Assembly (NCBI GenBank): GCA_963734545.1 | Contig: CAVTHO010000008.1 | Coordinates: forward strand, 416,001-480,000 | DNA length: 64,000 nt | Direction of reading: 5' to 3' | Source of the DNA: an uncultured Spirochaetota bacterium | Lineage (GTDB): Bacteria; Spirochaetota; Spirochaetia; SZUA-6; Fen-1364 | Part shown: positions 8,341 through 17,913 of the stretch, piece by piece | Position numbering within the stretch: the first letter of the stretch is position 1 | Layout: each line of letters opens with the position of its first letter | Notes under the pieces: model-generated | What the model saw: only the letters and a program-made list of their open reading frames with translations | Told to the model about the DNA's origin: nothing | Databases searched by the model: none | Program-made: the position numbers and the translations under genes

Positions 8341-9737
8341 CGGGATTCCCCCGTCCGCCGTGACTTCGCATACCGCACGGCTTCCGCCATGCAGCCTATG
8401 GCCTTTTCCAGGTGTCCGAGCTCCTCGTATCCGTATGAAAGCCGGAGCTGGCGCGTGCCCTGCTCCACCATGGCGCCCTTCGGATGCACGCAGAACTCTC
8501 CGGGGATATAGATCACGCGCGGCAGCTTCGCTTCCGCAGGGCCGTCCACTTCTTCCTCACCCGTGGTCCGGGCCAGGCAGCGGAAGAACGGGGAGCTCTC
8601 ATCCGTCCTGATGCCGTCCAGCGTGAGATAATAGTAGAAGCTCGCCTGTCCCCCCCTGCACTCCGCAATCGTCTCCCCCAGCTTCGCCTCCAGCCAGCCG
8701 CGCACGGCCAGGGCCTTTTCCCTGTAGCCGCGCCTCACGTCGGCGAGCTGCCGGTCAAGGACATTGTCCAGGAGCCAGCTCGCGATTTCCTGGTTGATCA
8801 GCGGGCCGCTGAAGCCTGCGTCGCTCGTTCTCTGGATCATGGCCTGCAGAAAGGGGCCGTCGGCCCCCATCATGTAGCCGATGCGCAGTGCAGGGGCGAT
8901 GATCTTGGACAGGGTGCCGACCTCGTAGACGACCCCTGCCTCGTCGTCCAGAAGACCCGACCGGGGCTTCTCCACTGCCGGGTCGTGGATCATGTCCTCG
9001 TACGCCTTGTCCAGGATGAGGGGAACGGTCCTTCCGAGCCTTCCGGACAGACGGGCAGCCGCCCGCACCAGGCCGGCGCGTTCCCTGTTGGCAATGATCG
9101 TTGCGCTCGGGTTGTTCACGGTGACGACGTAGAGGAAGCTTATGCGCGCCGCATCGTCCCCCAGCTCTTCGATCCGCGCCTCCACGTCTTCCGCGTGCAG
9201 GCCGTCCCGGCGCTCCGGGATCGTGATGACCGTGAAACCGCTGCGCTCCAGGAAATCGCAGTAGATGTAGTACATGGGATCGGATGTGAGGACGATACCG
9301 GGGCGCAGAACGTGCGCGAGCCCTTCCAGCAGGCTCGTGGCGCCATTGGGGCCGATGATGATCTCCTTGCGGGAGAGCACGCTCTCCGTGAGCCCGCCGA
9401 TTCCCCGGGAGACGTGGTAGCGGCGGATCGACTCGATGAGCGACGGCGAGCCCTTGGGGCCTCCGTAGTTGAGGGGAGACTTGTACTTCCCCGGCTGCGC
9501 GAGCACCTGTCCGAGGGCCTCCCGGATCTGCGCCTGCGGGATGGTGTTCTCGTTCACGTAGCCCACCCCGAGGTTGATGTCCACTCCCTCGCGGAAATCG
9601 GCGGCAAAAGACGACATCATCCTGTTCACCGGCGAGGGCGAACGCGACCGGCAGCCGTACTCCGAGAGAAGAATGTCAGTCCCCCGGCCGCTCCTGGCGG
9701 CATTTGTTTCCTGGATCCCTGGTGCAAGAGGTTTCAT
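8337..9737 (-). CDS. PLP-dependent aminotransferase class I/II
   Basis: NNPSA, ILDKAY and GTLSKIIAPALRIGY (PLP lysine), LRLSY. Its stop overlaps the hexokinase ATG. Start codon uncertain. Confidence 0.85.
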   Translation of the reverse strand: MKPLAPGIQETNAARSGRGTDILLSEYGCRSRSPSPVNRMMSSFAADFREGVDINLGVGYVNENTIPQAQIREALGQVLAQPGKYKSPLNYGGPKGSPSLIESIRRYHVSRGIGGLTESVLSRKEIIIGPNGATSLLEGLAHVLRPGIVLTSDPMYYIYCDFLERSGFTVITIPERRDGLHAEDVEARIEELGDDAARISFLYVVTVNNPSATIIANRERAGLVRAAARLSGRLGRTVPLILDKAYEDMIHDPAVEKPRSGLLDDEAGVVYEVGTLSKIIAPALRIGYMMGADGPFLQAMIQRTSDAGFSGPLINQEIASWLLDNVLDRQLADVRRGYREKALAVRGWLEAKLGETIAECRGGQASFYYYLTLDGIRTDESSPFFRCLARTTGEEEVDGPAEAKLPRVIYIPGEFCVHPKGAMVEQGTRQLRLSYGYEELGHLEKAIGCMAEAVRYAKSRRTGESR

Positions 9738-9804
9738 GGCAAGTGAGGATTCTACTCTTAATTCCTGATCACCCTCAAGGCGGCGCGCATGGAGCAGAAC
9801 CCCT

Positions 9805-10620
9805 TCATACGCAGTCCACGAGGAATCCGCCGTCCACCGGGATGGTGATACCGGTGACGAATCCCGAGGCTTTTTCACTGGAAAGAAACACGACGGCGCC
9901 CGCAAGATCGTCCGGATCGCCGAACCGGGCAAAGGGAGTTCTTCCGATTATTTCCTTGCCGCGCTGGGTGAGCCCTCCCGTTTTCTCGTCGACGAGCAGG
10001 GCACGATTCTGTTTTCCCAGGAAGAAGCCCGGCGCGATGGCGTTGACCCTGATGCCGTGGGGAGCAAACTCCTTTGCGGCGGCCATGGTGAGGTTCAGCA
10101 CGCCTGCCTTGGCCGCGTCGTACGCCCATACTCCGGAGAGCGGCACGTAGGAAGACATCGATGCCAGGTTGATGATCGAGCCGTGCGCCTTCTTCTCGAT
10201 CCACCAGCGGCAGAAGACCTTGGTCGGCACCATGAGCCCTGCCACGAGGTTGAGCTTCAGCACCTCTTCGAAGAGAGCGGTGTCCGTGTCCACGAAAGCC
10301 GTCTTGCTCCGGTTTCCGCCCACCGCGTTGATCAGCACGTCAAGACTGCCGAAGCGTTCGACAGTGGCGCGCACGGCATCGGACATGGAGGATTCGTTGA
10401 ATGCGTCCCCCACCACCCAGTCGATCCGCTCCTTCCCGCCCGCGGCGGAGCCTGCCCGCTCGGCCGCTTCCTGCAGTGTTTCCGAGTGACGTCCCCAGAG
10501 AGACACGCTGGCGCCCGCCCGCACGAGTGCCCCTGCCATGGAACCGGCAAGCACACCGCTTCCTCCGGTGATGACGGCGGTCTTCCCGTCCAGTCCGAAC
10601 CTTTCATCGAGCCAGCTCAT
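9805..10620 (-). CDS. SDR oxidoreductase, D-mannonate oxidoreductase (UxuB)-like
   Basis: TGGSGVLA, YDAAKAG, RVNAIAPGFF..QNRALL, TPFARFG, VTG..IPVDGGF. Confidence 0.8.
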   Translation of the reverse strand: MSWLDERFGLDGKTAVITGGSGVLAGSMAGALVRAGASVSLWGRHSETLQEAAERAGSAAGGKERIDWVVGDAFNESSMSDAVRATVERFGSLDVLINAVGGNRSKTAFVDTDTALFEEVLKLNLVAGLMVPTKVFCRWWIEKKAHGSIINLASMSSYVPLSGVWAYDAAKAGVLNLTMAAAKEFAPHGIRVNAIAPGFFLGKQNRALLVDEKTGGLTQRGKEIIGRTPFARFGDPDDLAGAVVFLSSEKASGFVTGITIPVDGGFLVDCV

Positions 10621-10637
10621 TTTTTCCCTCCTGTGCC

Positions 10638-11732
10638 CTATCGTACGACCCGGGCGCCGCGTCCTTCCGCCATGGCGACGACCTGGTCCAGACGCGCCAT
10701 CGAGATGTCCCCCGGATACGTGGTAAGAAGCGCCCCGTGGGCCCATCCGAGCCTGAGGGCGCGCTCGGCCGGCTGCCCCGTCAGCAAGCCGTAGATGAGC
10801 CCGGCGGCAAAGCCGTCGCCGCTGCCAATCCTGTCGTAGACGTCCAGCTCGCATTCCTCGCTCTCGTGGAACCGGCCGTCATACCAGAGGACCGCCTTCC
10901 AGAGGTGCCGGGAAGCGGAGCGCACCTCGCGGAGCGTGGTGGCGATCAGCTTGATGTCGGGAAACTCGGCGCGCACCCTCTCGATCATGGTGTGAAAGGA
11001 GGCCGTGTCGAGCTTCGACTGTCGGGAAGACGGGTCGGGGCCCGGGATGCCGAGCGCGAGCTGAAGGTCCTCCTCGTTGCCGATCAACACGTCCGTGCGC
11101 GACGCGATACGTCGATTCACCTCGCGGGCGCGCGCCGACCCCCCCTCGGAGGCGTCCCAGAGCTTTTTACGGAAGTTCAGGTCGTAGGAGGTGATGGTTC
11201 CCGCGCGCCGCGCGCTGTCCATCCCTTCTTCGATCAGTGCCGACGAACCGGGTGACAGCGACGCGAAGATCCCGCCGGAATGGAACCACCGTACGCCGCG
11301 GGATTGGAAGAAGTCCTTCCAGTCGAAATCCCCCGGCGCGAGCATGGCGCCGGCCTCGTTCGCCCGGTCGTACCACACCTCGGGCGGCCGCACCCCCATG
11401 CCCCGGTCCGAGTAGGTGTTCGCGATCCGGGGGCCCCGCACTCCGTCGAAGTCGAACCACTTGAAATGCGGCTCGACACCTGCCCTGCGCACCTCGGATT
11501 CGACCCACCACCCGGGAGGATAGCGCACGTTGGCCGAGGCCATCGCCACGCGCAAGCCGAAGCACTTGGCGAGGTTTGCCGCCGGATTGTATTCCGCCCC
11601 CGAGCAGTGGCGCTCGAAGTGGTGGGCCTCGTGCAGGGGCACGACCCCCGGATCGAAACGCTGCACGAGAGCCCCGACAGCCATGAAATCGTACCGGCAG
11701 CTGCCCGGTTCCCGGATCACCAGTTTTCCCAT
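10638..11732 (-). CDS. PfkB-family sugar kinase, 2-keto-3-deoxygluconate kinase-like
   Basis: GAEYN.AANL, HSGGIF, SYDLNFRKKLW, GNEED, DRIGSGDGFAAGLIYG. Confidence 0.85.
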   Translation of the reverse strand: MGKLVIREPGSCRYDFMAVGALVQRFDPGVVPLHEAHHFERHCSGAEYNPAANLAKCFGLRVAMASANVRYPPGWWVESEVRRAGVEPHFKWFDFDGVRGPRIANTYSDRGMGVRPPEVWYDRANEAGAMLAPGDFDWKDFFQSRGVRWFHSGGIFASLSPGSSALIEEGMDSARRAGTITSYDLNFRKKLWDASEGGSARAREVNRRIASRTDVLIGNEEDLQLALGIPGPDPSSRQSKLDTASFHTMIERVRAEFPDIKLIATTLREVRSASRHLWKAVLWYDGRFHESEECELDVYDRIGSGDGFAAGLIYGLLTGQPAERALRLGWAHGALLTTYPGDISMARLDQVVAMAEGRGARVVR

Positions 11733-11795
11733 CGTGCGAGCCTCCCAGAAACTCATAACACACCGGCGGTTCGCTGTCACTCGGGTCTTTTTTTC

Positions 11796-11824
11796 TTGAC
11801 ACGCCGGGAGATCGAGTGCAGAAT
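11796..11824 (+). promoter_or_regulatory. Putative sigma70 promoter
   Basis: TTGACA (11796-11801), 17-nt spacer, CAGAAT (11819-11824), 24 nt before ATG 11849. Confidence 0.5.
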
Positions 11825-11848
11825 TTCCGGCTCCAGAGAGGAGGCACG

Positions 11849-12268
11849 ATGAGCGCGGATATGGGAGATGTTGCGGGAACAAAGGCGCGGCCGTGGGTCT
11901 TGCACACTCCCGGCGGCGAATCGGGATTTCGCGCGTACCGGGACCCCACAGGGGAGCCGCCGGCAATCGTGGTGAAGGCGGGGGGAATCGAGCTGACCTA
12001 TCACTTGCGCTGCCTGAACGATCTGGACGAGATGTTGAAGGCCCATGGTGACTGGATGCCGCTGGGAATCGCGGAGGAAAAGACACCGGCCGCGGAAGGC
12101 ACGGTGGAGGCGTGGGCCCGCTCACCGAAGAACCCCGTCAAAGGCTGGTATGGCCTGCAAAAGGGAATGCGGGGCCGGTTCGCCGCGTACATACCGCCCA
12201 TCATGGCCGCGCTCGACCTCGCGGAGATCGACGAGGATCCCCGCAATCCCCGCATGCGGGCTGTGTAA
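11849..12268 (+). CDS. Conserved hypothetical protein (resembles DUF6855 family)
   Basis: GT...[32 protein letters not shown] pattern; GAGGAGG SD. Family name is from recall. Confidence 0.7.
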   Translation: MSADMGDVAGTKARPWVLHTPGGESGFRAYRDPTGEPPAIVVKAGGIELTYHLRCLNDLDEMLKAHGDWMPLGIAEEKTPAAEGTVEAWARSPKNPVKGWYGLQKGMRGRFAAYIPPIMAALDLAEIDEDPRNPRMRAV

Positions 12269-12302
12269 GGGCAGTGCGCGCCCGGGACAGGGAGACCCAA
12301 AA

Positions 12303-13090
12303 ATGAACGCGGACACGCGCGGACAGGGAGTCGGGCTCGCGCTCGGAGGAGGAGCGGCCCGCGGGCTCGCGCACATCGGGGTGTTCAAGGTCCTGGAAGA
12401 GGAGGGCATTCCGGTCAGCCACGTGGCAGGCACGAGCGCCGGCAGCCTGATGGGCGCCCTTTTCTGTGCCGGGCCTGACCTACCGTGAAATGCTGGAAAG
12501 GGCGCAGGGGGTGGATTGGCTGCGCATCGCTTCCCTCACCTTCCCGCGGATGGGCTTCATGAAAATGGACAGGCTGGAACGGCTCGTCGAGGAGACCCTG
12601 GGAAAGCGGACCTTCGCGAGCCTCGCCATCCCGCTGTCGGTGGTGACAGTCGACCTCATGACCGGGGAGCAGGTGGTCCTGAAGGCAGGCTCGGTGGGCC
12701 GGGCCGTCCGGGCCAGCTGCAGCATTCCCGGTATTTTCGAGCCGTTCAACGACAACGGGAGACTCCTGGTCGATGGCGGCCTGGCGAACAACGTGCCGGT
12801 GGATGTCGTGCGCGGCATGGGGGCAAAGAAGGTCCTGGCGGTCTCCCTGAACGCGGACAGGCATCACGCCACCCCGCCTCGGCACGTCCTGGATGTGCTG
12901 TTCTATTCATTCGACATCCTGATGAACAGCAGCGTGCAAAGGAACCTCGCGGAAGCCGAAATCGTCATTGCCCCGGAAGATAGGCGGCTTCTCGTACAGG
13001 GAATTGCGCAACGCCAACGAGCTTGTGGCGCAGGGAGAAAAGGCCATGCGCGGCGGGCTCAAGCGGCTGAAAGAACTGCTGCGCACCTGA
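12303..13090 (+). CDS. Patatin-like phospholipase (RssA/NTE type), frameshifts near 12472 and 12976
   Basis: [20 protein letters not shown] (catalytic Ser) and LVDGG (catalytic Asp) spread over adjacent frames. Confidence 0.85.
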
Positions 13091-13141
13091 GGCTGCCTGA
13101 GCACGGCCGGCGGGACTGAACGAACGGAGCCGCGCCCTGCC

Positions 13142-16100
13142 CTACGCGTTCGCCAGCCGATCCCCTTCAGAGGACTCCTGCGCGATCTGCTTCTCCGTGC
13201 GCCTGCGCTCGAAAAGGTAGAAGGCTGCCGGGACCACGAAGAAGGTCAGGATGGCCGAGGAGACAATGCCGCCGAACATGACCACTCCGAGCCTCTGGCC
13301 GAACTCGGTTCCCTCGCCCCGGCCGAAGACGAGCGGGCCCGAGATGGCGAGCACCGTCAGCGTCGTCATGACGATGGGCCGGAAGCGCAGGCGGGCGGAA
13401 TCTATCAGCGCCTCCTTCAGCGGCATCTTGCCGATGCGCTCGACCACGAAGTCCAGGTACAGGATCGCGTTCTTGGCCGACAGTCCGATGAGCAGCAGCA
13501 TGCCCAGCACGCCGAACATGTCCAGCCCGCCGCCCAGGAGCGCCACGAAGGCGAGCGCGCCGATGATGGCCATGGGCACCGGCATGAGCAGGTACAGGGG
13601 ATAGCGCCAGGAATTGAACTGCGACGCCATGACCAGGTAGGCGAGGAAAAGTGCGAGGGCGAATGCGATGCCTCCCGTGGTCTGCACCTGGCGCGCAAGG
13701 GCGCCGGCGCTCATGGAGCCGCCCGAGCCGAGAGTCACCCTGCTGTCCAGCAGGCCCTGGCCGGTCAACTGGCTCTCCAGCGCGTTCTGGAACGCGAGGG
13801 CGGGCGGCGCGCCTTTTGCCAGGCTGATGGACAGGGTGGCCGTGTAGAGCCTGTTGTACCGGTCCACGCTGATGGGAGACTGGCGCAGCACGAGGCTTCC
13901 GAGCTGGCCCACCTGCAGCCTCTGCTGCCGGGCGGACGAATAGATGGGCAGGTTCATGAGAGACTGCGCGTCCGAGAGATGCGTCGGATCGATCTGCACC
14001 ATGATGGGATAGCTCTGGCCGCCGATCTCCGCGTTGCCGGCCTTGGTGCCCGACGCATAGGTCTGCAGGAGGCCGGCAACGGTGCTCGGGCTGATGCCTG
14101 TTCCCTGGAGCTGTGATTCGTCCGGCTTGAAGTCCCGCTCCACGGTGACGTTGGAGAGGCTGGAGGTGGCGCTCACCACCGACGGGTTGTTCGTCACTGC
14201 CCGGAGGATCCTCCCGCTCCTCTGCAGGAGGAGGTCCTTGTCCGATGACAGGAGGTTCAGGGAGATGGTCGCGCCTCCTCCGGGGGGCCCGCCGCCGGCG
14301 CTCAGGCTCAGCGTGGCCGATGGGTCGACTTTAAAAAGCTGGTCGCCCATCTGCTTTCTGTATCGGGCCATGAGATCGTACACGCCGGCCCGATGGCTGC
14401 GGGGGACGAGCCGGACGATCATCGTAATGTTCTCCGACCTGTTGACGCCGACCATGAACGCGCCGGCGCCTCCAATGACGGACTGGACGCTCGTGACTTC
14501 GGGCTGGTGCAGGAGGAAAGCTTCCAGGCTGCCGGCAGAGACGTTCGTCGCCGCCAGCGTCGTTCCTGTGTGCATGACCACGTTCGCATTGATCGTGCCG
14601 CTGTCGCTCTGGGGAGCGAAGTTGAACGTGATTCTCGGCAGCACCAGCATCACGATCGCGGCGAGAACGGAGACGGCTGCCACAAGGACCGCGACGCTCC
14701 TGTCCAGAAGACCGACCAGGGAACGGGCATACCCTTCACGGATCCATTCAAAGGCCGCTTCCGTCCATCCATGCAGGGTCGTGGTGAGCGCCTGGAGAAA
14801 CCTGAAGAGCGCCCGCGTGACGTAGTGCAGGAGGGAGAGCAGGACCGGGTAGAGGAGCAGCGCCGGCAGGGCGATGAAGTGCCTTGTCGCGAGCAGCGCC
14901 CCGATGATGACGAGAGCCGCGATGATTCCGGCCGGCCTGCGCCATGCCCGGAAGCCCCATTTCATGGACTCGCCGACCTTGACGATACCTGCGGCCAGGC
15001 TGCTCCAATCCTGCGTGCGGTCGGATTCCGGCGTATACGCCAGGCGCACGGTGAGGAACAGAACCGCCTCCAGGAGGGAGAACGCGACGGCCGCGGCGAG
15101 ACCGAGGGAGAACTGCCGCAGGAAACTGCCGATGATGCCGCCCATGAAGCTGACGGGGATGAGCACGGACAGCAGAGAGAGCGTGGCGGCCACGACCGCG
15201 CTGAAGATTTCACTGGCTCCCTTGAGCACGGACTCCCTCTGGCTGAAGCCCATGGCGCGGTAGCGTTCCACGTTCTCCGCCACGACGATGGAATCGTCCA
15301 CCACGATTCCAATTGCCACGATCATGGCGAGCATGGACACGAGGTTCAGCGTGAAGCCCAGGAGGTTGTAAAGGACGGGGGCCGCGGAGAGCGCAATCGG
15401 GATCGCGAGGATCACGGAGAATGCGGTGTTGAGCCTGCCCAGGAAGAGCATGACGATGAGGGCAACGACCATCGCGGTGATGAAGATTTCCCGGTAGGTG
15501 GAGTTCAGGGATGCCTGGATGGGAGCGGTGGTGTCATTGCTGAAGAAGACCGAATAGCCTTCCGGCAGCTTCGTCTCCGTCACGAGCCTGCGCACATTCT
15601 TCACGACCGCCACGGCGTTGGAGGTTGCCGTCTGCTGGATGGACACGAGCACCGCGGGATTGCCGTTCACGCGCGCGTAGTTGGTCGACACCGGCAGGTC
15701 ACGGACGGTCGCTACGTCGCCCACCCGGACGCCGTTGACCGCATCCACGAGCGTGTCGGCGATCTTTCCCGTGTCCGCGGGCACGTTTTCGGTGGAGAAG
15801 GTGAGCGCGTTCCTGTGACTGTTGATGGTGCCGATGGGCTGGTCGATGGCAGAGGCGGCTATGGCGGCAACAACCTGCTGCGGCGAGAGCCTGTAGGACT
15901 GCAGGCGGTCCGGATTCAGGAGGACCTGGAACTGGCGGGTCGGCCCGCCGTCCACCTGGACGTTCGCGACCCCTGGTATGCGCACAAGGAGAGGCGTGAG
16001 CTCACTGGTCACATACGTGCTGACGTCCCCGAGGTTCGCCCCGGAGCCCGAGATGCCGAACTGAAGGACCGGGATGGACCGGGGATCGAAGGTCTGGACC

Positions 16101-16525
16101 ACAGGCGCGCTGATTCCGATGGGCAGACGCCGGGAGGCGGCCGACACGAGCGAGGCGACCTGGTTCGCGGCGCTGTCCTGTTTCGTGGACTCGGTGAAGG
16201 TGAGGATGACCACGCTCGCGCCCGTGGAGCTGGTGGAGTTGATGTCCGTGATGCCGCTGAGGCTGGAGACGGCGTTCTCCACGACCTGCGTGACCTGCTG
16301 GTCGATGACGCTCGGAGAGGCACCCGGGTAGGCGGTGGTGACCACGACGAACGGGAAGTTGATCGACGGGAACAGGTCGACGCCGAGACCCAGGAGCGAG
16401 ATCAGCCCGAAAGCGAAGATGGCGACGAACACACCGATCGAAAAGACGTAGCGCGTCACCGAGAACCGGATCAACGGATTGATCCGGTCGAATATCCTGG
16501 CCTGGAAGTCGCGCGTGGTTTTCAT
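13142..16525 (-). CDS. RND efflux permease (AcrB/HAE family)
   Basis: LGVDLFP, YPGASP, AIGIVVDDSIVVAEN, IGLSAKNAIL, RFRPIVMTT. True start taken as MKTTRDF at 16525. Confidence 0.92.
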   Translation of the reverse strand: MKTTRDFQARIFDRINPLIRFSVTRYVFSIGVFVAIFAFGLISLLGLGVDLFPSINFPFVVVTTAYPGASPSVIDQQVTQVVENAVSSLSGITDINSTSSTGASVVILTFTESTKQDSAANQVASLVSAASRRLPIGISAPVVQTFDPRSIPVLQFGISGSGANLGDVSTYVTSELTPLLVRIPGVANVQVDGGPTRQFQVLLNPDRLQSYRLSPQQVVAAIAASAIDQPIGTINSHRNALTFSTENVPADTGKIADTLVDAVNGVRVGDVATVRDLPVSTNYARVNGNPAVLVSIQQTATSNAVAVVKNVRRLVTETKLPEGYSVFFSNDTTAPIQASLNSTYREIFITAMVVALIVMLFLGRLNTAFSVILAIPIALSAAPVLYNLLGFTLNLVSMLAMIVAIGIVVDDSIVVAENVERYRAMGFSQRESVLKGASEIFSAVVAATLSLLSVLIPVSFMGGIIGSFLRQFSLGLAAAVAFSLLEAVLFLTVRLAYTPESDRTQDWSSLAAGIVKVGESMKWGFRAWRRPAGIIAALVIIGALLATRHFIALPALLLYPVLLSLLHYVTRALFRFLQALTTTLHGWTEAAFEWIREGYARSLVGLLDRSVAVLVAAVSVLAAIVMLVLPRITFNFAPQSDSGTINANVVMHTGTTLAATNVSAGSLEAFLLHQPEVTSVQSVIGGAGAFMVGVNRSENITMIVRLVPRSHRAGVYDLMARYRKQMGDQLFKVDPSATLSLSAGGGPPGGGATISLNLLSSDKDLLLQRSGRILRAVTNNPSVVSATSSLSNVTVERDFKPDESQLQGTGISPSTVAGLLQTYASGTKAGNAEIGGQSYPIMVQIDPTHLSDAQSLMNLPIYSSARQQRLQVGQLGSLVLRQSPISVDRYNRLYTATLSISLAKGAPPALAFQNALESQLTGQGLLDSRVTLGSGGSMSAGALARQVQTTGGIAFALALFLAYLVMASQFNSWRYPLYLLMPVPMAIIGALAFVALLGGGLDMFGVLGMLLLIGLSAKNAILYLDFVVERIGKMPLKEALIDSARLRFRPIVMTTLTVLAISGPLVFGRGEGTEFGQRLGVVMFGGIVSSAILTFFVVPAAFYLFERRRTEKQIAQESSEGDRLANA

Positions 16526-17813
16526 TTCTGTCCTTCCGCGGGGGCGGGAAGCGCCTTCACGACGGATCCATCGAGCAGGCCGGGCGGCGGGTTCAGGATC
16601 ACCATGGTCCCCGGCCGTCACCCCGGTCACGACCCCGGTGCTGCCGCTTTCGGCGAGGATCGTGATCTCGCGCATTTCCGCCTTGCCTGCACGCACGACG
16701 TACACGAAGGTCCGGTCCTCGCTGGTCTGCAGGGAGCCCGTGGGGACGAGCGCTCCCCGGGCAAGGGTGAGCGAGTAGCGCACCGTGCCCACGGCGCCGT
16801 ACGTGAGGGCCATGCCCGCCGGGACCGCCGCGGTGACGGCAACGACCCCGTTGAGAGGGACGTCGGCGGTCTGGCTGATGCGGAGGGCGTAGCTCTTCCC
16901 CGCGAGGACGAAGGCTGACCGGTGCGCCGACCCGGAGGCTCGGCGCGTCGGAGGGAGGCACGCTGAAATCGACCTCGCGCTGCTGGCTGGCGATGATGAA
17001 GGCCGGCGCGTTCTGGCTCACGAACTCACCCTCCTCCACATTGACGGCGACAAGCCGCCCTGCAAAGGGGGCCTTGATCGAGGCGTGCTCCAGGTTGAGC
17101 TGCGCCTGCTGGACGGCGAAGCCCGCCTGGTCCACGGCGAGCTTGAGCTGCGCGATGTTCTGCAGGTCCGCCTTCCTGTTCTGATCCAGCGCGGTGCGCG
17201 CCGACTCGAGGTTGGCCTGCGCCATGGCGAGGTCGCTCATCGCCTTGTCCATCTCTGCCCCGGTGGCGCCGCCGAGGTCGAACAGCGCCTTCTTCGAATC
17301 GTAGTTCCTCTGTGCGACGGAAAGCGAGGACTCGGCGGAATTGACCTGGAGATCGAGCTTTGGATTGGCCTGCGCGGTCGTATCCTGCGTCGTGGAGAGA
17401 TTGATGCGTGCCGCCTCGAGGGACGCCTGCGCCGTCTTCAGGGACAGCCGAAGCTGGCTGTCATCGAGCTGGACAACGGCGTCGCCCTTTTCCACCCTGT
17501 CCCCTGCCCGGCGCAGCACGCGCGCCACGATCCCGCCGACCTGGCCCGCGACCTGGCTCTGCATGACCGGATTCACCGTGCCGGAGGTCTGGTGCTCCAC
17601 CACGAGGGCATCGATCGTGACAGGCACGACCCGCACCGCGATCTCCGCCATCCCGGGTCCCCCCGCGGAAGATCGGGCGGTCCCCGCCGGAGACGCAGCC
17701 GCTTTCGCGGGGTCCCCTCCGGTCTGCCGGGGCGCGCACCCGATTGCCGTCACGGCGAGAGCCAGCGCACCTGCTGCGAAGATGGCGCGGGGCAGTGTCA
17801 TTCTTCTCTTCAT
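16522..17813 (-). CDS. RND periplasmic adaptor (MFP) lipoprotein, frameshifts near 16915 and 16610
   Basis: Lipobox TAIGC, V...VGG.V..V....GD.V.KGD, IKAPFAG. The C-terminal LVPTGSL...TFVYVV lies in another frame. Confidence 0.85.
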
Positions 17814-17820
17814 ACAGCTA

Positions 17821-17848
17821 TTTACATCAATTGACTGTTTGTTGTAAA
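17821..17848. promoter_or_regulatory. Inverted repeat (candidate operator) between the divergent RND and MFS genes
   Basis: TTTACATCAA-N8-TTGTTGTAAA, 9/10 complementary, AT-rich in a GC-rich background. Confidence 0.45.
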
Positions 17849-17913
17849 CCTCACGGCCGCGCCGGCGCCGCCCTCGGTTGACATTCGAGGGCCCACCCGG
17901 GAAGATTCGAGGA

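Noticed and set aside
12303-13090. Patatin as a CBASS or other anti-phage effector
   Set aside because: No CD-NTase or other defence gene is adjacent, and the sequence looks like the housekeeping RssA/NTE type.
13142-16813. Apparent 1223-aa RND permease with an adaptor-like N-terminus
   Set aside because: The first ~96 aa derive from the frameshifted upstream MFP gene; the permease starts at 16525.
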